This document shows, one piece after another, positions 7,693 through 17,043 of a stretch of 34,438 nucleotides of DNA. Within the stretch, counting starts at the first letter, position 1; each line of letters begins with the position of its first letter. The notes below the pieces were generated by a model. It worked only from the letters and a program-made list of their open reading frames with translations, did not search any database and was not told the DNA's origin. The position numbers were made by a program, and so were the translations under genes. This stretch comes from a virus (Duplodnaviria > Caudoviricetes), in IMG/VR virus record IMGVR_UViG_3300016666_000287, positions 1 through 34,438 of that record, one strand, 5' to 3'.

Positions 7693-8724
7693 TTAGCCGC
7701 TAGAAACCTCAAGTTTTGGTTCGTCTCGCCATGCTATCCGCCGATCCTCTCGCAACAAATCGTTGACCTGGTTAAACAACTGACAGATCGGCCGAATTTC
7801 ATTGCTGGTGTAGACGCGATCGATCTTTTCGATATCGCCGAAACCAGCGCTGTTTTCCGGGATGATGCCGGCCAGTGCGGGGTTCATACGCCAGGCAGCA
7901 ATCACGTCGTTTCGCGTGATGTTCTTCACTTTTTCCAGTTCGTCTTTGGCCTGGAAGTCGCCCACCGGGATGATCTGAATGGCGTTTTCCTTGCCGTTTG
8001 GAATATTGACGAACATCGAGCGGAAATTACCCACACCCTTGCTTGCGCTGATTTGTTCGCGCAAGTTGTTTTCGTCTTCTTCCGTCAGGTCTGGATCGTT
8101 GGTGTAGAAAATGTAGCCCGCGTGGGCGCCGTTGCTGTAGTAGCGCCGGCGGAAGAGGGTGGCCGCTTCATTGAGCAGTAACGCCTGCATGCCGCCCAAG
8201 TAATCCGGAATGCCATAGATGTTCTGCTCCACGTCGTAATCCATGACGTGCTCGATATCGTCCTGTTCAAAGTCCATGAACTTGTTGTCAGGCAGAAGCA
8301 TTCTGAAACCGCCGCCTACCTTGACCCGCATATTGATCGCAGAAAGGTGCTGCAGCTCCAGGACTTGGCCGAAAGCGTTTCTATCCCGGTAGAAGTACGC
8401 TTCGCCAAACACCATGTAGTCCAAACCGGCGCGACCCATGGTTTGAGAGTTGCAGCCGTCAGAAGGTATGAACTCACGCAGTAGCAAGTTGCGTTTGAAC
8501 TTCGGAATGGCGCCGTGGTGTGCGTTGGCACGCAACAGTTTGGCCAGGCCCGTGCGTGACACTGGCGGCTTGTATATCTCGCCGTCGTCGCTGGGAAACA
8601 CCCCCACGTACTCGCCGATATTGCCACTGAGTACCTGTTCTGGTTCCCCGAAGGTGAACGCGCGCATTGGCTGTTGTTGCCGTGGTTGCTGATTGACTTG
8701 GTGCTTGTTGCGTCGGTTGGGCAT
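7693..8724 (-). CDS. gpQ: Portal protein (P2 gpQ family)
   Basis: YGIPDYLGG...LLNEAATLFRRRYYSNGAHAG, SKGVGNFRSMF, GFGDIEK signatures; position next to the terminase. Confidence 0.95.
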   Translation of the reverse strand: MPNRRNKHQVNQQPRQQQPMRAFTFGEPEQVLSGNIGEYVGVFPSDDGEIYKPPVSRTGLAKLLRANAHHGAIPKFKRNLLLREFIPSDGCNSQTMGRAGLDYMVFGEAYFYRDRNAFGQVLELQHLSAINMRVKVGGGFRMLLPDNKFMDFEQDDIEHVMDYDVEQNIYGIPDYLGGMQALLLNEAATLFRRRYYSNGAHAGYIFYTNDPDLTEEDENNLREQISASKGVGNFRSMFVNIPNGKENAIQIIPVGDFQAKDELEKVKNITRNDVIAAWRMNPALAGIIPENSAGFGDIEKIDRVYTSNEIRPICQLFNQVNDLLREDRRIAWRDEPKLEVSSG

Positions 8725-10522
8725 GGGTTCCGCTCGTGATGTAGCGGCTCCGGCGCCGCTTGTTCGTGTTCAAGGGTTCGTTGGCCAAGGCGTGCATGAT
8801 TGCCCAGGCGATATCGGCGTGGCCGGTAGCTTCGGTGCGCGAAGCGCTGTAGGTGATCTGGCCGCTGCCGGTGGTGCCGCGCTTGATCGTCAGGAACGCC
8901 TGGGCCACGTCGGTCCAGCCGGCATCCCATTCGATACGGCTGCCTTGGATCGTGTCTTGGGCTTTGAGGACAAGCGTGTTTTTTGTTTCCAAGCTGTAGT
9001 GAATCGACGTTGTTCGTGGGTAGAAGTCGCGCACCAGGTCGAAAACCCCATAACCGATCCCGGTGGTATCGATGCCGATGTGCTGCACGTTGAAGCGCTC
9101 CGTGAGCTTCTTGACCTGCTCGGCCTGGTACTTGAACGATTGCCCCCGCCAGCTGTGTTTCTCCAAGATGCGGAACTTCGCTCCAGCTTCGAGTGGAGGA
9201 GCAATAACCACGCAAGTGGCGTCATCGCGAGTACGGCTGGGGTCGTAGCCGATCCAGACGGGGCTGTTGCCGTAGGGGCGGTCGTCGTCGGGCTTGTAGT
9301 CCTCCCACAACGTCAGGTCGGAGTAGCAGCGCTCCAGGTCTTTGAGGCCGAATGCGCTCTGCGAGCTGTCGATGAACTTGCAATAGAACAACTGCTGGAA
9401 CTTGTCCTCGTCGTATTCCAGCTGCAGCTGCTCGAGGTCGAACAGATCGCAGCCGCCGTCGATTGCATCCTGGATGGTGATGGTCTTGCGCCATTGGCCA
9501 TCTGGACACAGCGCCCCCTGGGTGTAAGCCGCTTCGGTAGGCCAGGTTCCGCCGGCCTTTTTACCGCGCTTGCTGTTGCGAAACTCTTCGCCTGACCAGA
9601 ACGGATAGGCCTGGTGTGACACTGCGCTGGGGGTCGAGAAGTAGGTTTTGCGCCACTTCTTGTGCGTTCCCATGGCGCTTGCCACGGTGCTGAGTTTTTC
9701 GAAATCGCGAATCCAGAAATACTCGTCCACATAGACGTGCCCGTGGTAGCCCTGGGCGGTGCTGCTGTTGGTGCTGAGGAAACGCAGCTCGGCGCCGTTG
9801 CTGAGGGTTATGGGGTTGCCGGTCAGCTCGATGCCAAACCACTGCTGAGCAAACTGGATGATGTAGCTGCGGAAAATTTCCGATTGCGATCGGCTAGCCG
9901 ACAGAAACACCTGGTTGTCGCCGGTCAACACCGCGTCCATGAAGGCTTCGCCGGCGAAGTAGTAAGTCAGACCGACCTGGCGACTTTTGAGAATGTTGCG
10001 GATCCGGCAGGTCAGCGGGTTTTGCTTAGCCGCGAACAGTTCCTTTTGGTAGCCGTACATCTTGGAGATGAACTTATCCAGGAAGTCCACTTCGGTCAGG
10101 CCGCTGATATCGTTCTTGGCCTTCTTTTCCCGTTTTTTGTCGCCACTGTCCTTACGACCGGAACGCTCCCCACGTGAGCCTTGGCGGCGCTCCTGGGGTT
10201 CTGCCGGATCGTCAACGTTTGGGGCCAGGGATGGCTTGGCGGCTTGTTTAAGAAGCCGCTCGCGAATGGTGGTCAACCGGTCCAGCTCGTTCAGGTCGTC
10301 CTTGGAGAGGCTCGTGGCCTTGTCCAGTAGCAGGGTGATCCGTCGGCCGATCGCCGTCAGCGGTTCTTCATCCGACAGCATGTCCTCCCAACCGCCCTGG
10401 CGAATCCAGTAGTAGACGATCCGGATGTTGGGCAGGTTGAGTTGTGCCTGAATTTCCTTCGCCTTACAGCGGCGTAGAAACAGGCGTTTAGCAGCTTCTT
10501 TTACTTCGGTTGAATAGAGCAT
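8474..10522 (-). CDS. gpP: Terminase large (ATPase/nuclease) subunit (P2 gpP family)
   Basis: ILKSRQVGLTYYFA, YVDEYFW, FSTPS, IGYDPSRTRD, GHADIAWA; the ORF extends 251 bp into the portal gene. Confidence 0.95.
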   Translation of the reverse strand: MLYSTEVKEAAKRLFLRRCKAKEIQAQLNLPNIRIVYYWIRQGGWEDMLSDEEPLTAIGRRITLLLDKATSLSKDDLNELDRLTTIRERLLKQAAKPSLAPNVDDPAEPQERRQGSRGERSGRKDSGDKKREKKAKNDISGLTEVDFLDKFISKMYGYQKELFAAKQNPLTCRIRNILKSRQVGLTYYFAGEAFMDAVLTGDNQVFLSASRSQSEIFRSYIIQFAQQWFGIELTGNPITLSNGAELRFLSTNSSTAQGYHGHVYVDEYFWIRDFEKLSTVASAMGTHKKWRKTYFSTPSAVSHQAYPFWSGEEFRNSKRGKKAGGTWPTEAAYTQGALCPDGQWRKTITIQDAIDGGCDLFDLEQLQLEYDEDKFQQLFYCKFIDSSQSAFGLKDLERCYSDLTLWEDYKPDDDRPYGNSPVWIGYDPSRTRDDATCVVIAPPLEAGAKFRILEKHSWRGQSFKYQAEQVKKLTERFNVQHIGIDTTGIGYGVFDLVRDFYPRTTSIHYSLETKNTLVLKAQDTIQGSRIEWDAGWTDVAQAFLTIKRGTTGSGQITYSASRTEATGHADIAWAIMHALANEPLNTNKRRRSRYITSGTHAQPTQQAPSQSATTATTANARVHLRGTRTGTQWQYRRVRGGVSQRRRRDIQAASVTHGPGQTVACQRTPRRHSEVQTQLATA

Positions 10523-10543
10523 GGGCCGCAGTCTATGCGGCGA

Positions 10544-10607
10544 AAACGCGGTAAACGCGGTGTTAAATTCCGCGTTCCTCCTATAAGTCGAATATAGGAG
10601 GAACGCG
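10544..10607. promoter_or_regulatory. Divergent late-promoter region with 15-bp inverted repeat (candidate Ogr site)
   Basis: CGCGTTCCTCCTATA-N7-TATAGGAGGAACGCG (10571-10607) plus tandem AAACGCGGT (10544-10561), between the divergent gpP and gpO starts. Confidence 0.6.
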
Positions 10608-10685
10608 CAGTTGAATCGTTTGTTCGTAATTCGATGGCTCCATATCGTGGTGGCTCAAATCACCGATTGAGCGCAGTTATCGCCC

Positions 10686-11621
10686 ATGCCCCGTTCCCTT
10701 GTTTCGTTCTGGAAACGTGTCGCCACCAGCGGCCCGACCGTTGACGGTCGAGTAATCCTTCCCCAGGAACTGCGTGATATCGCTGAGACCTACAGCACCA
10801 CCACCTATACCGCTTCGATCTGGAGCGAACACGAACGCTGGCCTGGCTCCCACGGCACCGTGTTTGCCGTGCGTCTGGTTGAGGATGCGGAAGATTTGCA
10901 GCCTGGCCAAGTGGCTCTGGAAGCCCAGTTGAAGCCAAACCAGCGGCTGCTTTACCTCAATGATCAGGGTGAAAAACTGTTCACCAGCATCGAGGTCACT
11001 CCGGACTTTGCCAACACTGGTAAGGCGTATCTGACCGGGTTGGCGGTGACCGATTCCCCGGCCAGCCTGGGCACCCAGGAACTCTACTTTTCCCGCAAGA
11101 CCGGCCAGCCCGCTTATTTTGCGGCCTCTGTGGCCTTTGGGCCTCTGGGGAAACTGAAAGAGGAAGACCCAGTGGGTGAGATCGGCAAGCTGACTCGTCT
11201 GCTGACCCGGATGTTCAGCCTCTTTGCGGCTGTTGACCCTTCCATCGAAACGCCATCACTCCCCCCCACTGAGAGCAAACCCCCAATGGATGAAGCTACT
11301 GCAACGGCCTTAAAAGCCCTGCTGGCGCAGCTGCTGATTGTCGCTGCCGGCATTCAGGCCGTAATTGAGCCTGCAGCTGAAGATGCACCAGAGCCCGATC
11401 AGGCACCTATTGACGATGTGAGCGCAGCAGTAGACGACATCGTCACCACTGCCGAGGAAGAGCGTGAGTTTCGTCGCAATGGCAGTACTACCAACAAGGC
11501 AGTACTGGCGGCACTGACCGATCTGAAAAATCAGTTCAACACCCTGCAGAACACCGCTACTGGGCGTCAGCTGCCAAAAAACACTGGTCCAGCATCGACC
11601 ACTAATAAGCGGGTGCTTTGA
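10686..11621 (+). CDS. gpO: Capsid scaffolding protein/protease (P2 gpO family)
   Basis: VATSGPTVDGR, LFTSIEV, YLTGLAVTDSPASLGT motifs. Confidence 0.95.
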   Translation: MPRSLVSFWKRVATSGPTVDGRVILPQELRDIAETYSTTTYTASIWSEHERWPGSHGTVFAVRLVEDAEDLQPGQVALEAQLKPNQRLLYLNDQGEKLFTSIEVTPDFANTGKAYLTGLAVTDSPASLGTQELYFSRKTGQPAYFAASVAFGPLGKLKEEDPVGEIGKLTRLLTRMFSLFAAVDPSIETPSLPPTESKPPMDEATATALKALLAQLLIVAAGIQAVIEPAAEDAPEPDQAPIDDVSAAVDDIVTTAEEEREFRRNGSTTNKAVLAALTDLKNQFNTLQNTATGRQLPKNTGPASTTNKRVL

Positions 11622-11622
11622 T

Positions 11623-12663
11623 ATGGCCTATTCCCTGAGTGCTCACGGCGACAAGATGTTTGCACAGATGCAGGTCGCTATTGCTGAAACGTATGGCGTG
11701 GCGCTGGCCAGCAAGCGATTCAGTGTCGATCCGACCATTGCCCAGGAACTGAACGACGCGATCACCGCCAAGTCGGACTTCCTGCAGCGCATCAACATTA
11801 TCCCCGTGACCGAGATCAAAGGTCAGAAGGTGTTCATCGGTGTTTCCGGTCCGGTCACTGGCCGTACCAACACCAACACCACTGATCGCGTTGCTAAAGA
11901 CGCATCGGCACTGGATCAGACCACTTACGAACTGCATTCCACTGAATCTGATGTGGGGATGCCCTACGCGAAAATTGACGCTTGGGCTAAGTTTCCGGAC
12001 TTCCACCAGCGTTATTCCGCGGCCGTGCAAAAGCAGATCGCTCTCGATCGCATCATGATCGGTTTCCACGGCACATCCGCTGCTGCGCAGACCAATATCA
12101 CTGATAACCCGATGCTGCAGGACGTTAACAAGGGTTGGCTACAGCAGGCCCGCGAACAGATCCCGGCCCAGGTGCTCAAGGAAGGCAAAACTGCTGGCAA
12201 GGTGCTGATGGGCGTGGGCGGCGACTATGCCAACCTCGATGCCCTGGTGCATGACACCAAGCAAATGGTGGACGAGCGTCTTCGCGACGGTGGCGACCTG
12301 GTAGCTATCATCGGTACAGATCTGCTGGCCGCCGACAAAGCCAAACTCTACGCCAAACAAGGCGATGTACCGTCCGAGAAAGAACGCATCGAAGAGGCCC
12401 AAGTGATCGCCACCTACGGCGGTATGCCAGCGTTCAGTGTGCCGTTCTTCCCCGTCAATGCCGTACTGGTCACCAGCTTCGACAACCTGTCGATATATTT
12501 CCAGGACTCCAGCTGGCGTAAGCAGACGGTGGATAACCCGAAACGCTCCCGCGTCGAGGACTTCAACAGCCGCAACGAAGGGTACGTGATCGAGCAGCTG
12601 GAGAAATTCGCGCTGACTGAGAACGTCGAGGTGATCCCTGATCCGGTGGTGGAAGCCCCATGA
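11623..12663 (+). CDS. gpN: Major capsid protein (P2 gpN family)
   Basis: IDAWAKF, ALDRIMIGFHG, PMLQDVNKGWLQ, NLSIYFQ, NEGYVIE motifs. Confidence 0.96.
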   Translation: MAYSLSAHGDKMFAQMQVAIAETYGVALASKRFSVDPTIAQELNDAITAKSDFLQRINIIPVTEIKGQKVFIGVSGPVTGRTNTNTTDRVAKDASALDQTTYELHSTESDVGMPYAKIDAWAKFPDFHQRYSAAVQKQIALDRIMIGFHGTSAAAQTNITDNPMLQDVNKGWLQQAREQIPAQVLKEGKTAGKVLMGVGGDYANLDALVHDTKQMVDERLRDGGDLVAIIGTDLLAADKAKLYAKQGDVPSEKERIEEAQVIATYGGMPAFSVPFFPVNAVLVTSFDNLSIYFQDSSWRKQTVDNPKRSRVEDFNSRNEGYVIEQLEKFALTENVEVIPDPVVEAP

Positions 12664-13376
12664 GCCTAGCCCTTTCGCACAAACGTCGAATTCTGAGCAT
12701 GGGCGCCGATGCACTACTCGCTGCTGCTGCGGCACCGTCGACGTACTCCCCGGCCGAAGCCTTGAGCAGCCCAGCCAATGCCCGCAAGAACATTCTCTTG
12801 CAGGAAGTGGCGCTAGATCAGGATCTGGAGCGCCTGAGTGCGATCAAGGGCCTGGCCGGCAAACAAGCACTCAAGCGTGACGAACTGCTGCCCAAGTACC
12901 AGGACTTTGTTCAGCGCTACTGCGAGTCAGGTCAGAACCTGCCGAACCGCGTCCTGGTGCAGGTGATGGTCTGGCTGTTCGACACCGAACAGTTCGAAGA
13001 CGGCCTGGAGCTGGCCGACTTTGCGATGGAGCAGGGCCAGGTCATGCCGGAGCGCTTCAAGCGCGACATCCAGACCTTTGTGGCTGACGCGGTGATCGAG
13101 TGGGCCATGGTCGAGTACCAGGCCAATCGCAGCCCCGAACCTTACCTGTCGAATCTGCTGCCCCGCGTGGATGGTGAATGGCAGCTGACCGAGCAGATCC
13201 CGGCCAAGTACCACAAGTTGATCGGCATCCGCGCCATGGAGGCCAAGGCCTGGGAAACCGCGCTTCAGCACTTTGAACGTGCCACTGCTCTGTATCCCAA
13301 GGTGGGTGTGGATACGCGAATGGATAACTGCCATAAGGCGCTGAAAAAACAACAGGCCAAACCGGCTACCGAATAA
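12660..13376 (+). CDS. gpM: Terminase small subunit (P2 gpM family)
   Basis: K..LLPKY, VMVWLFD, MPERFKR, KVGV motifs; follows the capsid gene. Confidence 0.9.
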   Translation: MSLALSHKRRILSMGADALLAAAAAPSTYSPAEALSSPANARKNILLQEVALDQDLERLSAIKGLAGKQALKRDELLPKYQDFVQRYCESGQNLPNRVLVQVMVWLFDTEQFEDGLELADFAMEQGQVMPERFKRDIQTFVADAVIEWAMVEYQANRSPEPYLSNLLPRVDGEWQLTEQIPAKYHKLIGIRAMEAKAWETALQHFERATALYPKVGVDTRMDNCHKALKKQQAKPATE

Positions 13377-13475
13377 CCGACTACCCCCCCCGGCGAGAAA
13401 CTGTGGATGTGAGCCAGCCATTTATGGCCCTGACCCGCTGAAACAGTTTTCCCGCCCCTATTCGAGCGGCCAGCG

Positions 13476-13937
13476 ATGAGCTTTTCAGGTAACCCCACCA
13501 AGTTTGCGGAACGCCAGATCGTGAACGACGGCTTTTGGCCGGACTTCTCGCTGGCTCAGTTCCAGGAGGCCTATCGCCTTCCAGGGGAATACCTGGTCGA
13601 AACGCTGGTCGACGGTTTGACCACGGCGATGACCGAGGTCAATCAAGATCTGGCCAGGCTCAAAGTCAGATGGCAGGACGCTGGTGTCACCAGCGTGGAA
13701 TCTGCTGACCCTACGGTGCTGCCGGAGCGCACATTTCACGTAGCGACGTACAAGCGCGCCGTGTATTGCCGCGCCAAAGCCAACCTGTTGACCCAGTTCG
13801 CCACCATCACCCGCCGCGAAAGCGCCGAGAACACTGGCAAGGAAGCCCCGGAGCGTGGCGAAACCTTCCTTGAGTTTAGCCAACAGGCCGTTCGTTCGCT
13901 GCAGGGCCGTGGCCGCATCACGGCGGCGTTGTTATGA
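13476..13937 (+). CDS. gpL: Head completion/stabilization protein (gpL family)
   Basis: NDGFWPD and YKRAVYCRAKA motifs; synteny. Confidence 0.9.
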   Translation: MSFSGNPTKFAERQIVNDGFWPDFSLAQFQEAYRLPGEYLVETLVDGLTTAMTEVNQDLARLKVRWQDAGVTSVESADPTVLPERTFHVATYKRAVYCRAKANLLTQFATITRRESAENTGKEAPERGETFLEFSQQAVRSLQGRGRITAALL

Positions 13938-14377
13938 ACAAGCTCAAAGCCCTGACCAGCTATCTGTTGGCTCGCAACCTAGTCATGCCCGAGCAGCTCG
14001 ACAGCTGGGCCAGCCAGGTCAATCCGGAGCTGATCTGGAAACCTGACCTCAAAGGCATGCACTTTGCGGACATGCGTTACAGCGCTGTCGTGGTGTTTGA
14101 GCGCTTCGCAGATGAACCCGGGCGGCTTATGGCGCTGCTGGCAGGTTGGCTGCAGACCTATGACCCTGACCGCGATGGCCTGCCCAATCCAACCCTTGCC
14201 ATAGACATCCTGGACAACGACCTGGCCGACGTGGAAATCACGTTGGAATTTGTCGAATCGTTGTACCTGGCGGAAGACCCAGCCGGTGAAATCGAGGCTT
14301 TCGACAAGACCTGGTCATTCATCCCGTTTGATCTATGGGTTGCTGAAAAGGGCGAGGTAGGCACCAGTGGCCGCTAA
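13934..14377 (+). CDS. Tail completion protein (gpR-like)
   Basis: MNKLKALTSYL N-terminus; synteny after gpL; 4-bp overlap. Confidence 0.75.
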   Translation: MNKLKALTSYLLARNLVMPEQLDSWASQVNPELIWKPDLKGMHFADMRYSAVVVFERFADEPGRLMALLAGWLQTYDPDRDGLPNPTLAIDILDNDLADVEITLEFVESLYLAEDPAGEIEAFDKTWSFIPFDLWVAEKGEVGTSGR

Positions 14378-15047
14378 TCCGCTCGACCTCGATATCAGGG
14401 GCTTGCTCGATGCCGACGCACTGTTGGCCTTGCTTGAGCTGTCGCCACAGTTGCGCCGCCGACTGCTGAACAACGTCACCAAACGTGTGCGCTCGATGGG
14501 CCGCAAGCGCGTGCGTACACAGCAGAACCTGGACGGCACCCCCTTTGCCGAGCGGAAGGGATCGGCCAAGGGCAAAAAGAAGATGGAAGCCGGGTTGGCC
14601 AAGCTGCTGCAGGTCACTCGCGTCAGTTCTGACGAAGCGGAGCTGGGTTGGAAAAACGCACTGACTCGTTGGGTCGCATCGCAGCAGCACAACGGTGTCA
14701 GCGAACGGCGTACCGCTGCGCAAATGCGCCGTTGGAACAAAGTCCCGCCCGGTATTGCCTGCACGGAAAAGCAAGCCAAACGCTTGCGCCGTCTGGGGTT
14801 TCGCACCCGGCAGAAGGGCAGAAAAACAATGACCCGGCCCTCGGTAGCGTGGATTCAAGAACACGTGAACTACGCCAAAGCGGGTCTGCTGATCCGCATT
14901 TTGAACGATGAAAGATCCGAGACATCAGGCGCGCAAAGCTGGGACATCACCCTGCCTAAACGTCAGTTCCTCGGCGTGGGCATCGGCCAGGAAACCAGCC
15001 AGCTGGTTAACCAGGTCTTTCAACAAATACTCAATTCACCCCGCTAA
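14367..15047 (+). CDS. Virion morphogenesis / tail completion protein (gpS-like)
   Basis: QQNLDGTPFAERK and LPKRQFLG motifs. Confidence 0.85.
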   Translation: MAANPLDLDIRGLLDADALLALLELSPQLRRRLLNNVTKRVRSMGRKRVRTQQNLDGTPFAERKGSAKGKKKMEAGLAKLLQVTRVSSDEAELGWKNALTRWVASQQHNGVSERRTAAQMRRWNKVPPGIACTEKQAKRLRRLGFRTRQKGRKTMTRPSVAWIQEHVNYAKAGLLIRILNDERSETSGAQSWDITLPKRQFLGVGIGQETSQLVNQVFQQILNSPR

Positions 15048-15059
15048 GCGAGGCACTGC

Positions 15060-16175
15060 ATGGCACTCGGCAAAGTCAGCGTTAACAATCTCAATCTGGG
15101 CCAAGGGGCCGTGACCGAGATTGAGCGCTATTTCCTTTTTATTGGCCCCGCAGCCAAAAACGTGGGGGCGTTGCTGGCCCTCAATACCGACAGTGATCTG
15201 GACGGCGCCCTGGGCATTGCGGCCAGCGACCTGAAAACCCAGATCACGGCGGCCCGTCTCAATGGCGGCGATCGCTGGGCGTGCATCGCCGCCCCGATCG
15301 GCGAGGACGAAGACTGGCCGGCAGCGCTGGAAAAAGCCCAGCAACAGGGTTATTCGGTCGAAGCCATCGTGATTACTCAACCGGTGACCTCTGGTGCCGA
15401 GCTGTCGAAAATGCACGAAGCCGCCGTACGCCTGAACGACGTTTACGGGCGCCGTTCGTTTGTCATGGCGGCGTCTGCTGGTATCGCCGCTGCGCAGTCG
15501 TGGGCGCAGTACCTCACCGAGCAACGCGCCATCACAGCTGACCTGGCCGCACCCCGCGTTCTGGTGGTGCCGCAGTTGCACGGCAATGACCTGGGCGTAT
15601 TGGCCGGTCGTTTGGCCAGCACCGCCGCGAGTATTGCTGACAGCCCCATGCGTGTGGCCACCGGTGCCGTGCTCGGCCTTGGGCCTACGCCGCAAGACTC
15701 CGAAGGTGTACCGCTGCCTTCCGCAACCCGGACCGAGCTGGACAAAGCGCGCTTCTCGGTTTCGCAAACCTACTCGGATTTTTCCGGCGTGTACTGGGGC
15801 GACGGCAACCTGCTGGACACCCCGACCAGTGACTTTTTGGTGATCGAGTACCTGCGCCTGGCTGACAAGGCATCGCGCCAGGTGCGCCCGCTGCTGATCC
15901 GCCGCGTGGCAGATCGGCGCCTCAACAACACCGCCAACAGCATGGCCGTCGCAGCCTCAGCCCTGATGGCCCCGCTGCGCGCGATGGCCAAGTCTGTTGC
16001 GTTTGCCGGTCAAGTCTTCCCGGGCGAAATCGAGGCCCCCAAAGATGGCGCCATCGTGCTGGCCTGGAAGAGCAAAACCGCCATCGAGGTGTACATCAAG
16101 ATCAAGCCCTACAACTGCCCGAAAGACATCACGGCGAATATCGCCCTGGATCTTTCCAACGACGCTTCGGAGTAA
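15060..16175 (+). CDS. Tail sheath protein (HP1-type, DUF2586-like)
   Basis: V.VNNLNLGQG...EIERYFLFIG, SIADSPMRVATG, PYNCPK.I...I.LD pattern; 371 aa. Confidence 0.85.
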   Translation: MALGKVSVNNLNLGQGAVTEIERYFLFIGPAAKNVGALLALNTDSDLDGALGIAASDLKTQITAARLNGGDRWACIAAPIGEDEDWPAALEKAQQQGYSVEAIVITQPVTSGAELSKMHEAAVRLNDVYGRRSFVMAASAGIAAAQSWAQYLTEQRAITADLAAPRVLVVPQLHGNDLGVLAGRLASTAASIADSPMRVATGAVLGLGPTPQDSEGVPLPSATRTELDKARFSVSQTYSDFSGVYWGDGNLLDTPTSDFLVIEYLRLADKASRQVRPLLIRRVADRRLNNTANSMAVAASALMAPLRAMAKSVAFAGQVFPGEIEAPKDGAIVLAWKSKTAIEVYIKIKPYNCPKDITANIALDLSNDASE

Positions 16176-16181
16176 CCCCCT

Positions 16182-16631
16182 ATGTCACGCATTGGCGGCA
16201 AAAACTTCGACGTGAACCTGGGCGATCTGCTGGTTCACGTTGAAAGCTGCACCCTCGATATCACGGACAACAGCGCCACGGCGCAGACCCGTGGTGTTCC
16301 CGATGGCCATGTGGACGGCGACGTTTCGGCCAGCGGGGAATTGGAACTCGACTCCCTCAATTTCAACCTGTTGATCGACGCGGCCCGCAGTGCAGGAAGC
16401 TTTCGCCAACTGGCCCCGTTCGACAATGTTTTCTTTGCCAAGGCGGGCGACGAAGAGCTGCGCGTGGAGGCGTTCGGCTGCAAGTTGAAGGTGTCCAGCT
16501 TGCTGAGCATCGACCAGAAAGGCGGCGAAAAGAGTAAGCACAAGGTGCCGTTCGACGTTACCAGCCCGGATTTTATCCGCATCAATGGCGTGCCGTACCT
16601 GGCTGCTGCAGAGATCGAGGGACTTAGCTGA
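16182..16631 (+). CDS. Tail tube protein (HP1-type, DUF2597-like)
   Basis: RIGGKNFDV...GVPDGHVDGDV...VTSPDFIRINGVPYL; follows the sheath gene. Confidence 0.85.
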   Translation: MSRIGGKNFDVNLGDLLVHVESCTLDITDNSATAQTRGVPDGHVDGDVSASGELELDSLNFNLLIDAARSAGSFRQLAPFDNVFFAKAGDEELRVEAFGCKLKVSSLLSIDQKGGEKSKHKVPFDVTSPDFIRINGVPYLAAAEIEGLS

Positions 16632-16843
16632 TGTCTTGCCCGTTCGACCGCGCCCAGGTGCAGGAGCAACGCGAGCGTGACCAGGCGATTGCCGCCCAGT
16701 TGGCCAAGCGGCGCCCGAGCGGGCCAAGTCGTAGTGAATGCCTGGACTGTGACGGCGAGATCCCCAAAGCGCGCCAGGCGCTGGGCGGGATCCTGCGTTG
16801 TACACCGTGCCAGTCCATTTTTGAGAAAGGGGGGCGCCGATGA
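16631..16843 (+). CDS. TraR/DksA C4-type zinc-finger protein
   Basis: N-terminal helix FDRAQ..E and CLDC..EIPKAR......RCTPCQ. Confidence 0.85.
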   Translation: MSCPFDRAQVQEQRERDQAIAAQLAKRRPSGPSRSECLDCDGEIPKARQALGGILRCTPCQSIFEKGGRR

Positions 16844-17043
16844 GCACGAATCAGGCCGCTCAGGACACCGCCATGGCAGTCATAAAAGCATCACCGGCAA
16901 TCGGCGTGGCCGCTACCGGTGCGACAGGTGCTGTCGACTGGTCGTCAGTCGCCTACATGCTGACCGCGCTGTACATGGTGCTGCAGATTCTGCTGCTGGT
17001 CCCTAAGTACCGCCAGATGCTGCGTGACTGGAGACGCAAGTGA
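16840..17043 (+). CDS. Holin
   Basis: 67 aa, hydrophobic segment(s) and basic C-terminus (WRRK), immediately before the endolysin. Confidence 0.7.
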   Translation: MSTNQAAQDTAMAVIKASPAIGVAATGATGAVDWSSVAYMLTALYMVLQILLLVPKYRQMLRDWRRK

